From Octopus sinensis (lineage: Eukaryota): 64,000 bases of DNA. The stretch spans positions 75,392,001 to 75,456,000 of the forward strand of contig NC_043007.1 of assembly GCF_006345805.1 (NCBI RefSeq). Reading direction: 5' to 3'. Made by a program: the position numbers and the translations under genes. The notes beneath the pieces are model-generated. The model worked only from the letters and a program-made list of their open reading frames with translations. It was not told where the DNA came from and searched no databases. Shown in pieces: positions 12,616-25,200 of this stretch; position 1 is the first letter of the stretch; each line of letters starts with the position of its first letter.

Positions 12616-12754
12616 CTTTCTTTTAGTGTTGCAGAATATAACAGCTTGGGTTATAGTAAGAGTATCATAAAGATCACAAAGAGTGTCAAATTTCCATTCT
12701 TCCCTTTCAACAGCTACAAAAAACTGTTTGATTCCTTCCAAAGTTAACTCATCA
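12616..12754 (-). CDS. EIF4A3: eIF4A-III exon [46 protein letters not shown]
   Basis: 139 nt, cttgcag|...|gtaaat; motif IV. Confidence 0.97.
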
Positions 12755-12952
12755 CTGCAAGAAAGAAGTAAAACTTAAAGACAACGTTCAACAAATCAAA
12801 CCATCCTTTTCTTCAGATGTCATAGGTTTATACATTCAAGTCTGATCTTTCTGTTTAATCATACATGAAAGACTAAAATTAATTTTAAGCATTCTAAATC
12901 TACAAATTGGTTTCCATAAATTCTCAGGGTGCAGGCATGGCTGCATGTTTAA

Positions 12953-13162
12953 CCCTTTTGTTACCAACTCGGCTGAAACCGGCTCTGGCTTTGTAGTACA
13001 CATGTCTTGTTTTTAAAAGTTCTGAATTAAAATCTTTCATCACAATTTATGTTCCTAACACTAGCTTAATGATAACTAAGTTATTTTACTAAATATTTTG
13101 TTATACTTTAAATAATTGAAAGAAACACAGAGCATCTCAAAATAAATACAGTAACAAAAGGG
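12953..13162. mobile_element. piggyBac-like MITE with TTAA target-site duplication
   Basis: ttaa|cccttttgttac ... gtaacaaaaggg|ttaa: perfect 12-bp TIR; interrupts a family-A SINE head. Confidence 0.88.
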
Positions 13163-14879
13163 TTAAGAAGCTTGTTTCCCAACTACATGGTTTCAGGTTC
13201 AGTCCCGCTTTGTGGCACTGTACTTTCTACTGTAGCCCTGGGCCTACCAAAGTCTTGTGAGTAGATTTGGTAGATAGAAACTCAAACAAGTGCATCATAT
13301 ATGTGCATGTGTGTGTGTGCTGGTGTCTCTTTGTTTTGACACTGTGCAACAGTTGCAAAGGAATGTCACTCACATACAGAAGTGCACTTCATTTCCAATC
13401 TTCCATGAAAACATGTCAGACCACGGGGAAATATTACCTTACTTGAAAACTGGGACATTAAAAGATGGTGATGATATAAATTAAATGGCATGGCTTGGAT
13501 GGTTTGATAGGCACTGATTGTGACCATCAACTGATCATGGCCGTTGCCAGCCTCCCCTGGCACCTATGCCAGTGGCACGTAAAAAGCACCATCCATACGT
13601 GGTCGATGCCAGTGCCACCTTGAAAATCCACCTCAATTCCGTGTAACCCATGGAAAAGAAGATGTTAAAATGATGATTTCTTGTAACATGGTTAAATAAT
13701 TTCAACATACAGACGCAAGTGTGGCTGAATGGAAAGAAGTTCGCTTTCCAATCACATGGTTTAGGGTTCTGCCCGTGTGTGTGTTTAAATACACACACAT
13801 ACATACATATGATGGATTTCTTTCAGTTTCTCTCTACCAAATTCATGCACAAGACTTTGGTTGGCCTGGGATTATAGAAGACATTTGCCCAAGGTGCTGT
13901 GCAGTGGGACTGAACTCAAGGACAAGATGGTTGGGAAGTCTACTTCTTAACCAAGCCTGTGTTTATTTAGTGTATGCAGAAGTGAGTTACAAGCAATAAT
14001 TCTTCACTGAAGGATAGTGTCATATAGCTAGACATGGCAGTTCTTGTCTCCTGGACTTCAAACTGGGATGTTAAGCATTTATTAAAATGGATTCAGTAAC
14101 CTTTCAACTATTTGTGTTTTGGAGTAAAAATTAGCATTTTATGAAACAGACATTGTATTCAAGATTTAGCTACCTCTAATCAAGTAGACAAATCATTGAA
14201 AAGACAATCCAGTGATTCTTTATTGACTACAAGGAGCTAAACATAGAGGGGACAAACAAGGACAGACAAAGAGATTAAGTCGACTACATCGACCCCAGTG
14301 CGTAACTGGTACTTAATCTATCGACCCCGAATGGATCAAAGGCAAAGTCGACCTCGGCGGGATCTGAACTCAGAACATAATGGCAGATGAAATACTGCTA
14401 AGCATTTTGCCCAGTGTGCTAACGTTTCTGCCAGCTCGCCACCTTATGTGATGGCTATCTTGCAGAGGGCTACACTGTTCAATGAGTTGTTACATTTTTA
14501 GGAGGTGGTATTATGGAGATTTGGTTGCTACTTCTGTCTCAAGGAAGTTCCATCTAATCTATATCATCACCATCTTTTAATGTCCCTTTTTCCTTGCTGG
14601 CATGGGTTGGATGGTTTGATAGGACACTGATGAACCAAAGGGCTGCACTGAGCTCCAATGTCTGCTTTGGCAGGGTTTCTACAGCTGGTTGCTTCTCCTA
14701 ATGCCAACCACATTACAAAGTGTATTAGGCCAGTACGGTAGTGATGTGGCTGGATGAGGACAGTTGTGTAAAGAAGTACTGATTGCTAAACATGGATGGA
14801 ACTTGTGGATGATGTAGTGAAGACTGACCTCAAAATGTTGAGCAGTATGGAAAAAAACAGATGAAGAAATAATAATAAT

Positions 14880-15700
14880 GAATCATCATCATCATCATCG
14901 TTTAATGTCTGCTTTCCATACTAGCATGGGTTGGACGATTTGACTATGGTCTGGCGAACCAGACTCCAATCTGATCTGGCAGAGTTTCTACAGCTGGATG
15001 CCCTTCCTAACGCTAACCACTCCGAGAGTGTAGTGGGTGCTATTACGTGCCACCGACACGAGGGCCAGTTTGGTGGTACTGGCAACAGCCACGCTCAAAT
15101 GGTGCTTTTTATGTGCCACCTACACAGGAGCCAGTCCAGTGGCACGGGGAATGACCTCGCTCGAATGTTTTTTTCATGTGCCACCAGCACAAGTGCTAAT
15201 AAGGCAATGCAGGTAATGATCATGCTCGAATGGTGTTTTTAACGTGCCATCAGCACGAAGACCAGCTTGTTGCTCTGGCAACGATCTCACTCGTATTGTA
15301 CTCTTAGCGCTCCACTAGCAACGGATGCCAGTCCCCAAGTTTGATTTCGATTTCACTTGCCTGAATAGGTCTTCACAATCGAGTTTGATTCAGACTTCGA
15401 TTTCACTTGCCTCAACTGGTCTTCGCAAGCAAAGTTTAGTGTCCAATGAAGTAAAGGCATGCATAAGTGGACTGGTTACACCCCTGGCATAGGCCACAAG
15501 GTTATGGTCTCACTTGCGCTTGCCGAGTCAGAAATAATGACGGTGATATTTAATGACTTTTTAAAATGCTTTTTAATTACAAATCATCATCATCATCATC
15601 ATCGTTTAACGTCCGTTTTCCATGCTAGCATGAGTTGGACGGTTCGACCGGGGATCTGGGAAGCCAGAAGGCTGCACCAGGCTCCAGTTTGATCTGGCAG
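14880..15700 (-). mobile_element. RTE-LINE 3'UTR fragments (two adjacent tails)
   Basis: (cat)n tails at about 14880 and 15590, with internal gtgccacc...gcac minisatellite units. Confidence 0.8.
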
Positions 15701-15856
15701 AAATAAGAAAGAAATTTCCCAGAGTGTTACTTGAGCCCATGAAATTTGGTTGGTTTCTGCTTTTTGCGTTACAACAGAACCACACCACTGATCAAGATGT
15801 GAGAGTGAAATTGATTATTTCTCGAAGAACGTTGATAGAATCTATGTTGGCCTTAC

Positions 15857-16079
15857 CGTTTGACTAAAATGCGGACAGGATCAGTCATAAATTTGCCAGT
15901 CATTTCAAGGATTTCATGAGGCAAGGTGGCAGAAATAAGTAGCACTTGAGTTGCTGGGGGAAGATATCGATAAACATCATAAATTTGTTCTTTAAAGCCT
16001 TTATTCAACATTTCATCAGATTCATCAAGGACCAGCATTTTAATGGACCTTGTCCGTAGATTTCTTCTTCGGATCATAT
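15857..16079 (-). CDS. EIF4A3: eIF4A-III exon with motif II (DESD) and motif III (SAT)
   Basis: 223 nt, ccag|AT ATG ATC ... AAA CG|gtaagg; [75 protein letters not shown] (within ORF 15853..16182). Confidence 0.98.
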
Positions 16080-16334
16080 CTGGAGGGAAAAAAAAAAAAA
16101 AGAAAGAAAATTGAATGATATATGGCAATACATTAAAAATACATGACCAAATATTTATATTTTCAAATAAATTCAATTCCACATGTTTTTACATGAAAGT
16201 CAGTATTTTATAATATAAACTGTAGGCCCTAAGTTTTTATAGAATTCTATTTCTCTTGAATATACAGCAATTCCAAAATTGGTCATAGAAATCCAGATAA
16301 AATTATATTTGAAGAAACAACACATGCTACTTAC

Positions 16335-16467
16335 CAAAAACCCTGCCAGGAGTCCCTGATACAACATGTTGCCCATAATCAAGTTTACGAATATCATCAC
16401 CAATATTTGTTCCACCAATACAAGCATGGCACTGCACATTCATGTAATCTCCAAGAGCCAAAATAAC
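16335..16467 (-). CDS. EIF4A3: eIF4A-III exon [44 protein letters not shown]
   Basis: 133 nt, ttttccag|...|gtaagt; GG doublet and motif Ib (TPGRV). Confidence 0.97.
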
Positions 16468-16780
16468 CTGGAAAAAAAAAATTCGATTAATTTCTTTATT
16501 TTGTTTTAATTTTGAAAGAGGAAATTCTTGGATTTTCAGGAAAAGTTAGTTTATCAGGGATAATTCCTTTGGGTGCTGAAAAGTGACAGGATATGTTACA
16601 TGCATAATATAACAGTGTCATCATCATCAACAACAAGGACAAATAAGATGGAAAGGAAAGGGGCAATTTACAGAAGTCTCAAACTGGTGGATCAATTAAA
16701 AGAAGTTGAAAGTCATTAAAAAATTAGTGCAGGACAGGATGAGCTTGAACATATAGTGAAGAATTCTGGGTAGAAATAAG

Positions 16781-18185
16781 GGTTCACCAAAGATCAGCCC
16801 TCAGCCCCCCTCTTATTCATCATAGTCCTTCAGGCAATAATAGAGGAATTCAAGACAGGTTGCTCCTCTATTCTGATGACCTGGCCCTCATAGCAGAATC
16901 ACTACCAGAACTAGAGTAGAAATTCCAGGTGTGGAAGAAAGGTTTAGAGTCGAAGGGCCTTAGAGTCAATGTCGCAAAGACAGGAAGGCGAACACATCAC
17001 ACATCCCTTCAGGTAGGTGGCCCTGCTTGATCTGTAGAAAAGGTGTAGGTAGAAACTCCATAAGACGTACCCAGTGAAAGCTATGGATGCACAAGAGGTG
17101 CAGCAACATCAAAGGAAGATTAACCAGGAAGATAGCTTTTGTGTGCGGCAGACGCATTGGGGCAATAAATACCACAGATGTTCAGAAAATATATTCCATC
17201 ACATGCCAGGGGAAGAAACTAGAAGTAGTTGATAGTTTCCGCTACCTAGGGGACCAAGTCAGTAGTGAGGGTGGATACTCAGTGAGTGTTACCACTAGAA
17301 TAAGTATTGGCTGGGCAAAGTTCAGACAGCTTCTACCCCTACTAGTGACAAAGGGCTTCTCACTCAGAGTGAAAGGTAGATCGTATGATACATGTGTGCG
17401 AACTGCCATTCTTCACGGCAATGAAACATGGGCCGTGACTGCTGAAGACATGTGTAGGCTCAAAAGAAATGAAGTTAGCATGATCCCCTGGATGTGTAAT
17501 GTCAGTGTGCACACATGACAGAGTTTAAGTGCCGAGAGAAATGTTGGACATAAGAAACATTGGATGTGGTATGCAAGAGAGACGTTTGCATTGGTATGGT
17601 CATGTACTATGGATGGATGAGGAGAGCTATGTGAAGAAGTGCCACTCCCAAACAATGGAAGGAATCCAGGGTAGAGGGAGACCCAGGAAGACATGACCTT
17701 CAAACGTTGGGCCTCACAGAGGAAATGACGAAAGACAGGGACTTCTGAAGATAAGCTGTGACTGAGAAGGCTTGGCAAGTAAAGTGAGATTACAGCTGTA
17801 ACCTACACCAGTATCGCATAATCCACCAACTCAAAAGTACCCTTGCATCATAGGGCGACATGCCATGCTTGAGGAGACCTATTAGTCAAGTACATCAACA
17901 TCAAATCACAATCAAATGGAAATTGTAGTTGTGGTCCCTGTACTGGTGGCACGTAAAAAGCACCATCTGATCATGGTCGATGCCAGCTTCCTTTGGCCCC
18001 TGTGCCGGTGGCACATAAAAAGCACTCACTACACTCTTGGAGTGGTTGGCGTTAGGAAGGGCATCCAGCTGTAGAAACATTGGCAGATCAGATTGGAGTC
18101 TGGTGCAGCCTCCTGGCTTCCCAGACCCCCAGTCGAACTGTCCAACCCATGCCAGCATGGAAAACGAACATTAAACGATGATGCT
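16781..18185 (+). mobile_element. RTE-clade LINE, 5'-truncated and degenerate (RT C-half, GRGRPRKTW-like tail, 3'UTR)
   Basis: HQxSxLSPLLFIIVL and YxDDL remnants; ORF 17087..17518 (VDSFRYLGD..., VRTAILHGNETW); ends aaacgatgatg. Confidence 0.9.
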
Positions 18186-18509
18186 GAAAGTCCTATGTGG
18201 ACCCTCAAGAGCCACTGTTGTAGAGCATGTTACTTCCTGTAAAGAAGTGTGGTAACTTCTGTACATAATGGTATTACTACTGGTCATGATGCATGAAACA
18301 AATATACGGGAAAAAGGATAAACACAAGATGCAAATAATACCACTTGTTCCCTATACAAGTTTCACCATTGTGGCTATTTGTATGCCCTGTAGTGGCTGT
18401 TTATAATGTAATTGTATGCAGACCATCAATGATTCTGCAAGGAGGCATCTTATTTACATTATGTAAGATCTCCATATGTTTACTACATGATGGATGTCAA
18501 TTCATCATT

Positions 18510-20325
18510 ATCATCATCATCATTTAGCGTCGTTTTCCATGCTAGCATGGGTTGGACGGTTCAACGGGGTTGGGGAGCCCAAAGGCTGCACCAGGCCAGT
18601 CAGATCTGGCAGTGTTTCTACAGGCTGGATGCCCTTCCTAACGCCAACCACTCGAGAGTTGTAGGGGTGATTTTGTGCCCCGACAACAGGTGCCAGACGA
18701 GGCTGGCGAACGGCCACGCTCGGATGGTGTTTTTATGTGCCACCGACACAGGTGCCAGACGAGGCTGGCAGACGGCCACGCTCGGATGGTGTTTTTTTAG
18801 TGCCACCGACACAGGTGCCAGATGAGGCTGGCAGGTGCCAGACGAGGTGGCAGACGGCCACGCTCGGAGGGTGTTTTATGTGCCACCGACACAGGTGCCA
18901 GATGAGGCTGGCGGAAGCACGGAGGCCAGTCTATGCGGTCTGGCTACGGCCACGTTCGGATGATTTTCTTGTGTGCCACCGGCACTGGTACCACAAAGAT
19001 ACAATTCCATTTATGTTCTCTTTTGATTTGTTTTGATTTGATTGATTTCACTTGCCTCAACAGGTCTTCACAAGTGTCACTTGCCTCAACAGGTCTTCAC
19101 AAGTGTCACAAGAAGGAAGGTATGCACAGGTGGACTGTCTACGTCGCGGGTCTTCGGATGGTGTCTTTATGTGCCACCGACACAGGTGCCAGATGTGGCT
19201 GGCGAACGGCCACGATCGATGGTTTTCTTGTGTGCCACCGGTACTGGAACCACAAGATACAATTTCCTTGATGTTCATCTATTTTGATTTGGTTTGATTT
19301 TGATTTGATTTTCACTTGCCTAACAGGTCTTCACAGTGTCACCGTGTCACACACTTGCCTCAACAGGTCTCCACAAGTGTCACACACTTGCCTCTGCCTC
19401 AACAGGTCTTCACAAAGTGTCACACACTTGCCTCTGCCTCAACAGGTCTTCACAATGTCATAAGAGGGAAGGTATGCACAGGTGGCTGACTACGTCGCCG
19501 GTCTTTGGATGGTGTTTTTATGTGCCACCGACACAGGTGCCAGGTGAGGCTGGCGAAGGCCACGATCAGATGGTGTTTGTTGTGCCCACAGCACGGAGGC
19601 CAGTCGATGCGGTACCAGCTACGGCCACTTCGGATGGTTCTTGTGTGCCACCGGTACTGGAACCACAAAGATACAAATTCCTTGATATTCATCTATTTTG
19701 ATTTGGTTTGATTTTCACTTGCCTCAACAGGTCTTCACAAGTGTCACACACTTGCCTCAACAGTCTTCACAGTGTCATAAGAGGGAAGGTATGCACAGGT
19801 GGACTGACTACGTCGCCGGTCTTCGGATGGTGTCTTTATGTGCCACCGGCACAGGTGCCAGATGAGGCTGGCGAACGGCCACGATCGGATGGTTTTGTTG
19901 TGCCCACAGCACGGAGGCCAGTCGATGCGGTACTGGTTACGGCCACGTTTGGGTGGTTTTCTTGTGTGCCACCGGCACTGGTACCAAAAATACAATTCCA
20001 CTGATGTTCATCTATTTTGATTTGTTTTTTTTGTTTTGTTTTGTTTGATTTGATTTGTTTGATTTTCACTTGCCTCAACAGGGTTTCCGAAAGTGTCACA
20101 AGAAGGAAGGTATGCACGATGACGACTAAGTCCCAGGTCAGGGCCCGGGGTAGGCCTGGTACTAGTATGCCGGGGGTCTTCTCATGCCACAGCATACTTC
20201 ATAGGTCTCGGTCTCTAGACATTCCTGAGTGAGACCTAAAGTTCGAAGGTCGTGGCTTCACCACCTCGTCCCAGTTTCCTGGGTTACCTCTTACACAGGT
20301 TCCCTCCACTGCTAGGGGGTGAGCA
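18510..20325 (-). mobile_element. RTE LINE 3' end with tandemly amplified 3'UTR
   Basis: ORF C-terminal remnant at 20200-20325 matches 25700-25830; 3'UTR has ~60-bp units and four ~320-350-bp higher-order copies. Confidence 0.85.
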
Positions 20326-20418
20326 CTTTTGCACAAACTACTTCAGCCTATGTGTCACATGGACCATATTTGACAAATTATCTTTTTTTTTTTTAAACTA
20401 AATTTACTTGAACCTTAC

Positions 20419-20548
20419 CTTCTGAATCTGAACAGCCAATTCTCTAGTTGGAGATAGAACCAAAGCTTGTGTTTCTCGGGTCTGTGTATCAAGACACTGT
20501 AGAATGGACAGAGCAAAAGTAGCTGTTTTCCCAGTGCCAGACTGAGCT
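20419..20548 (-). CDS. EIF4A3: eIF4A-III exon [43 protein letters not shown]
   Basis: 130 nt, ttacag|...|gtaagg; Walker A (motif I) and motif Ia (PTRELA). Confidence 0.97.
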
Positions 20549-20849
20549 CTGTAATAAAGAGGATAAAATGTGAAATACAAATTTAACACAAAGAAATAAA
20601 TACTAGCATCAACTATTTATTTTTTACTTGTTTCAGTCACTGGAATGTGACCATACTGGGGCACCACCATCAAGAGTTTAACTGAATAAACTGACTGCAG
20701 AACTTATTGTTTTTTGCAAGTCTAGTATTTAGTCAGTGTCTTTTGTTAAACCACTAAGTTATGGTGATGTAAACAAACCAACACCAGTTGTCTAGCAGTG
20801 TATGTGTGTAGGTAACAAACACAGACACAAGGACACACACACACATCTT

Positions 20850-21215
20850 TGTGAATCATTCTGGAAAGTTATTTCAATTCCATCACGACGGAAAGTGTAA
20901 CCTCTCGAAAGAGCTGTTCTTCACTCCTGCTCCAGAGCATCCGCTGCGGGGTCACTCCGAAAAGCTCTATCTGCAACGATTTCATCTCAATCGAAGGAGA
21001 GGGGCTTTCTCCATCTGGGTTGCGGATCCGTGAAATAAGCTGCTGGACGAGATAGTGAAGATGCCGACGACAGCTCGGTTCAAAGTCTTTCTTGACCAGA
21101 ACTCTTTGCATGAACAAACTCCTTGTACATAACTCCATGTCCCCCTACATAGCCTTGCTTTTTTCTTTTTGAGCCAAAAAATTAACTTAACTTAACTTAA
21201 CGACCATAGTCTATA
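20850..21215 (+). mobile_element. CR1/L2-group LINE 3' fragment
   Basis: LRGHSEKLYLQRFHLNRRRGAFSIWVADP*NKLLDEIV...FKVFLD matches the RGH..KL...FFS.RV...WN.LP C-terminus; (ttaac)n tail. Confidence 0.8.
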
Positions 21216-22667
21216 CTTTTACAATACTAGCTGGCAATGGTTTGCTGTGCAAGTACTCACTGTTACAATTTAAATTTTAGCTATTTTGGAAATAAAGAAG
21301 CAAAGCAACAACTTATAATTTAATATTATTGTTTGCGACAGTGTCCTTGTGTTCAAATGTTTTGCTTTAAATAATCTTAACTATAAAATGAAAAATAAAA
21401 AAAATAATAAAACCGGATTTTAAGCCTACAAAATAATATTCATAGCACAATATAATTTTTATTGGTGAAATTTGACCAATATTTTTCTAAGAAAAATGAT
21501 ATTTACATGTACAGGAATATCTGCTTGGTAAAATTCAGACATTGCTCTCCATACATTGTTAAACAGCGAGAGGGAATAAAGAACATTCTCACTATGATGA
21601 TTCCATGCTAATTTGGGGTTCTAGAAGGCTTATGTAGCTCAATTAAGTGCAGAAATAGGTTTACATAGTAATTAGCTCATCTATTTCTTGAAATTCTAGC
21701 TCAAATTTGATATTTGAAGCCTTAGATTTGTGTTCTGTTTCAGCTCTTGCTGCATAGGAATACGACAGTTTCACAAGAAGCGTTAGTGAGAGTTAAACCT
21801 ATATGAGTAGCTGGTAGTCCCCTTTTTATTGACTTATTAAATTCAGGAGAAATTTTTCTTTCTTACAGTATAAAATTTTTGAAGAAAATGTTTTTTTCTA
21901 AGTTATCACTAATTTTTATTAGTGATAACATTTTCACTTTCATATATCATAACAATTATCTGACCTACTCCAACTGATTTTTGTATCAAGATAAAGTAAA
22001 AATAGTGCTCTTCATGGCTACTGTTTTCAACACACAAATTGAGTCATAGCACTCCAAGCGAATTGAACTAGAACAAGGGCTACCATTCAGAAATCAAAAC
22101 CAGGATGAACTTTGTGAATGGGTGGAAACATGAGGGTGATTGAGGGAAACAGATTAAAAAGTATGAGAAGTTTACATCCAGTACTTTCAACTGATATATA
22201 ATTGTCCACAGAAAAAAATGTATTTTGACATGAAAATGACCAAGTAAAAGTGGGTTTTTGTGTGGTCAAACTGTGCTGTTCTCCCTTGTACAGTGCTCTA
22301 GAGTGATACCTAATATAGAACAAAATTTCCCAATGTCCTGCTCATATTGCTACTTCACCGATACAGTTAACAGTTAATTTACCCCAGTTGCCTTACTACA
22401 TAATAATTACATAACCATCTCCCCTCCTCTCATCATCATTATTTAATATCTATCTTCCATGCTGGCATGGGTTGGATGGTTTGACAAGGGCTGGTAAGTT
22501 GGAGAGCTGTACCAGGCTTCAGTTGTCTGTTTTGGCAAGGTTTCTATGGCTCAATGCCCTTCCTAATGCCAACCACTTTACAGAGTGTACTGGATGCCTT
22601 TTATGTTGCACCAGCACTAACATTTTAAGAGGTACCAATACATGTATATATATACAGCATTACTTAC

Positions 22668-22740
22668 TGAGCGATAACATCTCTGCCATTAATAATTGGT
22701 TTTATAGCTCTCTGTTGAATAGCAGATGGTTTCTCAAAAC
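22668..22740 (-). CDS. EIF4A3: eIF4A-III exon (G)[24 protein letters not shown]
   Basis: 73 nt, tttacag|...|gtaagt; Q-motif. Most 5' EIF4A3 exon found. The nine exons sum to 1067 nt with no frameshift. Confidence 0.96.
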
Positions 22741-23947
22741 CTGTAAATACAGAATAGAGACAATTGTCTTATTTTTCTTTCTTATATTTTGTAATTATTA
22801 TGAGAAAACAATGAATCAATAAATAACAACTATATTTTGCTCTTGTATTTGGTTTGCAAGATTCTTGATGTGAACAGATGTGTTGAAACTTATTTGGTTG
22901 TATCTCAGGAGGGCCAATAATAAGCATAAGCAATGGTTCAGTTTCACTTTTTTATTATTATTTATTAGTCAATTAATTAACAATTTAACCATTTAACTAC
23001 TTGATTGTTTGATTAATGGTTCAGTCAATCAATCAGTTAGGTTTATCACAGTCCTTTCATCACTATTTGCAACTTCATCAACAACATACTCTCTCTACTC
23101 CAGGTCTATCCGTTTGTCTATCATCCAAGCTTGCAGGGCCAATATTTATATGAATGTAAGTGAGAGAGAATGTATGCATATGCATCATGTGAGTACATGT
23201 TCGTGTGTTCGTATGTGTGCAGATGTCAGCTTGATTGACATAGTGGATTCTGTGAGTGTGCAATGCATTTGTGCATGGTGTGGAACATAAGTAAGTTATT
23301 TCTTTAACCTGGGTTCAGTCATTAGACTGCAGCCATGAAGAATTTTAGTCAAATGAATCAACTTCAGTACTTTCTTTTCTTTTAAATCTAATACTTCTAT
23401 CAGTCGCTTTTGCTGAACCAATAAGTTACAGGGATGTAAACACATCAACACTTGTGTGTTACTACTTTTGTCTCTTGGAATGGACTGTGCATGTGTGAGT
23501 GTGTGTCAGTGCATGTACAGATAAGTCCAATGGCTTCATTTTTGGGATGATATGTATCGAATTACAATTTAATGACCCTCCAATTTTCAGTCTAATAACT
23601 AAAAGAAATAAGGAATATAATATTTCAGTATTAATGAACACGTTGCTCACATATGCAAAGCATATAATCCTGCTCATGCACAAAACACACCAATGTACAT
23701 TTATAGACACACCATTGTATGAACCAACAGAATAAGTACCAGGCTTAAAAAAGTACTAGGGCTGATTCATTTGATTAAAATTCTTCAATGCAATGTCCTA
23801 GCATAGTTGCAGTCTAATGACTGAAATAAATAAAAGAAATAAAACACACCAATTCATGTTTATTAACCTAATACTCACACCAATGTATATATACTGACTT
23901 AATAAGCCAGTAGTTTTTTTCTTCTCTTCCTTCTGGTTGTGCCGTAG

Positions 23948-24014
23948 AGAAAGTTTGACATGTCTGCTACAGTATATGATTTATGCCGTGTTTTCCAACC
24001 ACTTAGATATCAAG
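23948..24014 (+). other. Candidate spliced exon, possibly a 5' exon of the MS4A-like gene (ATG at 23960: MSATVYDLCRVFQPLRYQ)
   Basis: Long polypyrimidine tract + gtag acceptor and aag|gtacat donor; no recognisable homology. Confidence 0.3.
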
Positions 24015-24235
24015 GTACATATGGTATGCACATACATATAGCAACTTGCATGCACATGGTGGAATGCATCAGTGACACACAGGCAAACATATATATATGT
24101 GTATTCATAAATGATCTTATATGTATTTTGTAGTATTTTTTATTAGTATAATTTTTAAATGATGGCTCTATTTTTTTCTCTCACATATATATGGATTAGT
24201 AATTAGTATATATATATCCTAAATATATATATATA

Positions 24236-24623
24236 CTAGCAGTATCGCCCGGCTTGCTAGGTTTGTAAGGGAAATAACTATATAAGCATTTTTAGAGATG
24301 TAAAGTATATAGCCATCTCAAATGGCTAGCCACAAGGGGGGGTGTTACTGTAGCTTTTTTACGTTCTGAGATTTAATAATAAATTTTTTAGAGAGTTACT
24401 TCCCTTATATATGCCAAAATGCATTAAAATGGGAAAAATTGATGGTAAATTTTTTTTAAATCGTAGACTCATCATAGACGCGCGCTAATACCCAGAAGGG
24501 CTTGATATGAATCACGACTATAAGATATCCGGTTTGGTTAAACTGCACCGTAAAATGTGGGAGTTGTTAGGAATCTAAATCGTAGGAGACAGACAGTACA
24601 CAACCTTACTTTATATATAAAGA
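24236..24623 (-). mobile_element. Non-autonomous Helitron
   Basis: Minus 5' TC (tctttatatataaagtaagg); 3' end ...aagccgggcgatactgCTAG|t; 5' module is the reverse complement of 62161-62392. Confidence 0.8.
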
Positions 24624-24625
24624 TT

Positions 24626-24635
24626 GTTATGTATG

Positions 24636-24678
<43 letters not shown>

Positions 24679-24728
24679 GTATTATTTATATATATTATTT
24701 ACATATATATATGTGTGTGTGTGGTGTG

Positions 24729-24768
<40 letters not shown>

Positions 24769-24819
24769 ATATCATCATATCATTTAGCATCCGCTTTCCA
24801 TGCCAGCATGCTATTATTT

Positions 24820-24879
<60 letters not shown>

Positions 24880-24968
24880 ATATATATATATGTATATAGT
24901 ATATATATATGTATATATTAGTATTTAATATAATTATATTTACATATTATATGTGTGTGTGTATATAT

Positions 24969-25003
<35 letters not shown>

Positions 25004-25067
25004 TTATAATCATCATCACATCATTTAGCATCCGCTTTCCAAGCTAGCATGTGCGTTATTTACCCAC

Positions 25068-25098
<31 letters not shown>

Positions 25099-25200
25099 TA
25101 TATGTATTATATATATATATGTATGTATGTATGTAATATTTTATATTTACATATATGTATATATATATATATGTATTATATATATAATATTATAATATCA
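24626..25200. repeat. (AT)n/(GT)n microsatellite block with repeated RTE-tail starts
   Basis: Long AT dinucleotide runs. Confidence 0.9.

Noticed and set aside
18660-20115. CRISPR-like repeat array
   Set aside because: Eukaryotic context, no unique spacers, units are tandem copies of an RTE 3'UTR, and there are no cas genes.
20869-21138. 89-aa - strand ORF as EIF4A3 N-terminus
   Set aside because: No similarity to eIF4A3; it is the antisense of a CR1-type LINE 3' fragment.
23870-24010. - strand open frame ...GLLSQYIYIG as EIF4A3 exon 1
   Set aside because: Lacks the FETSE/PTFD/GLREDLLRGIYAY signature; resemblance is superficial.
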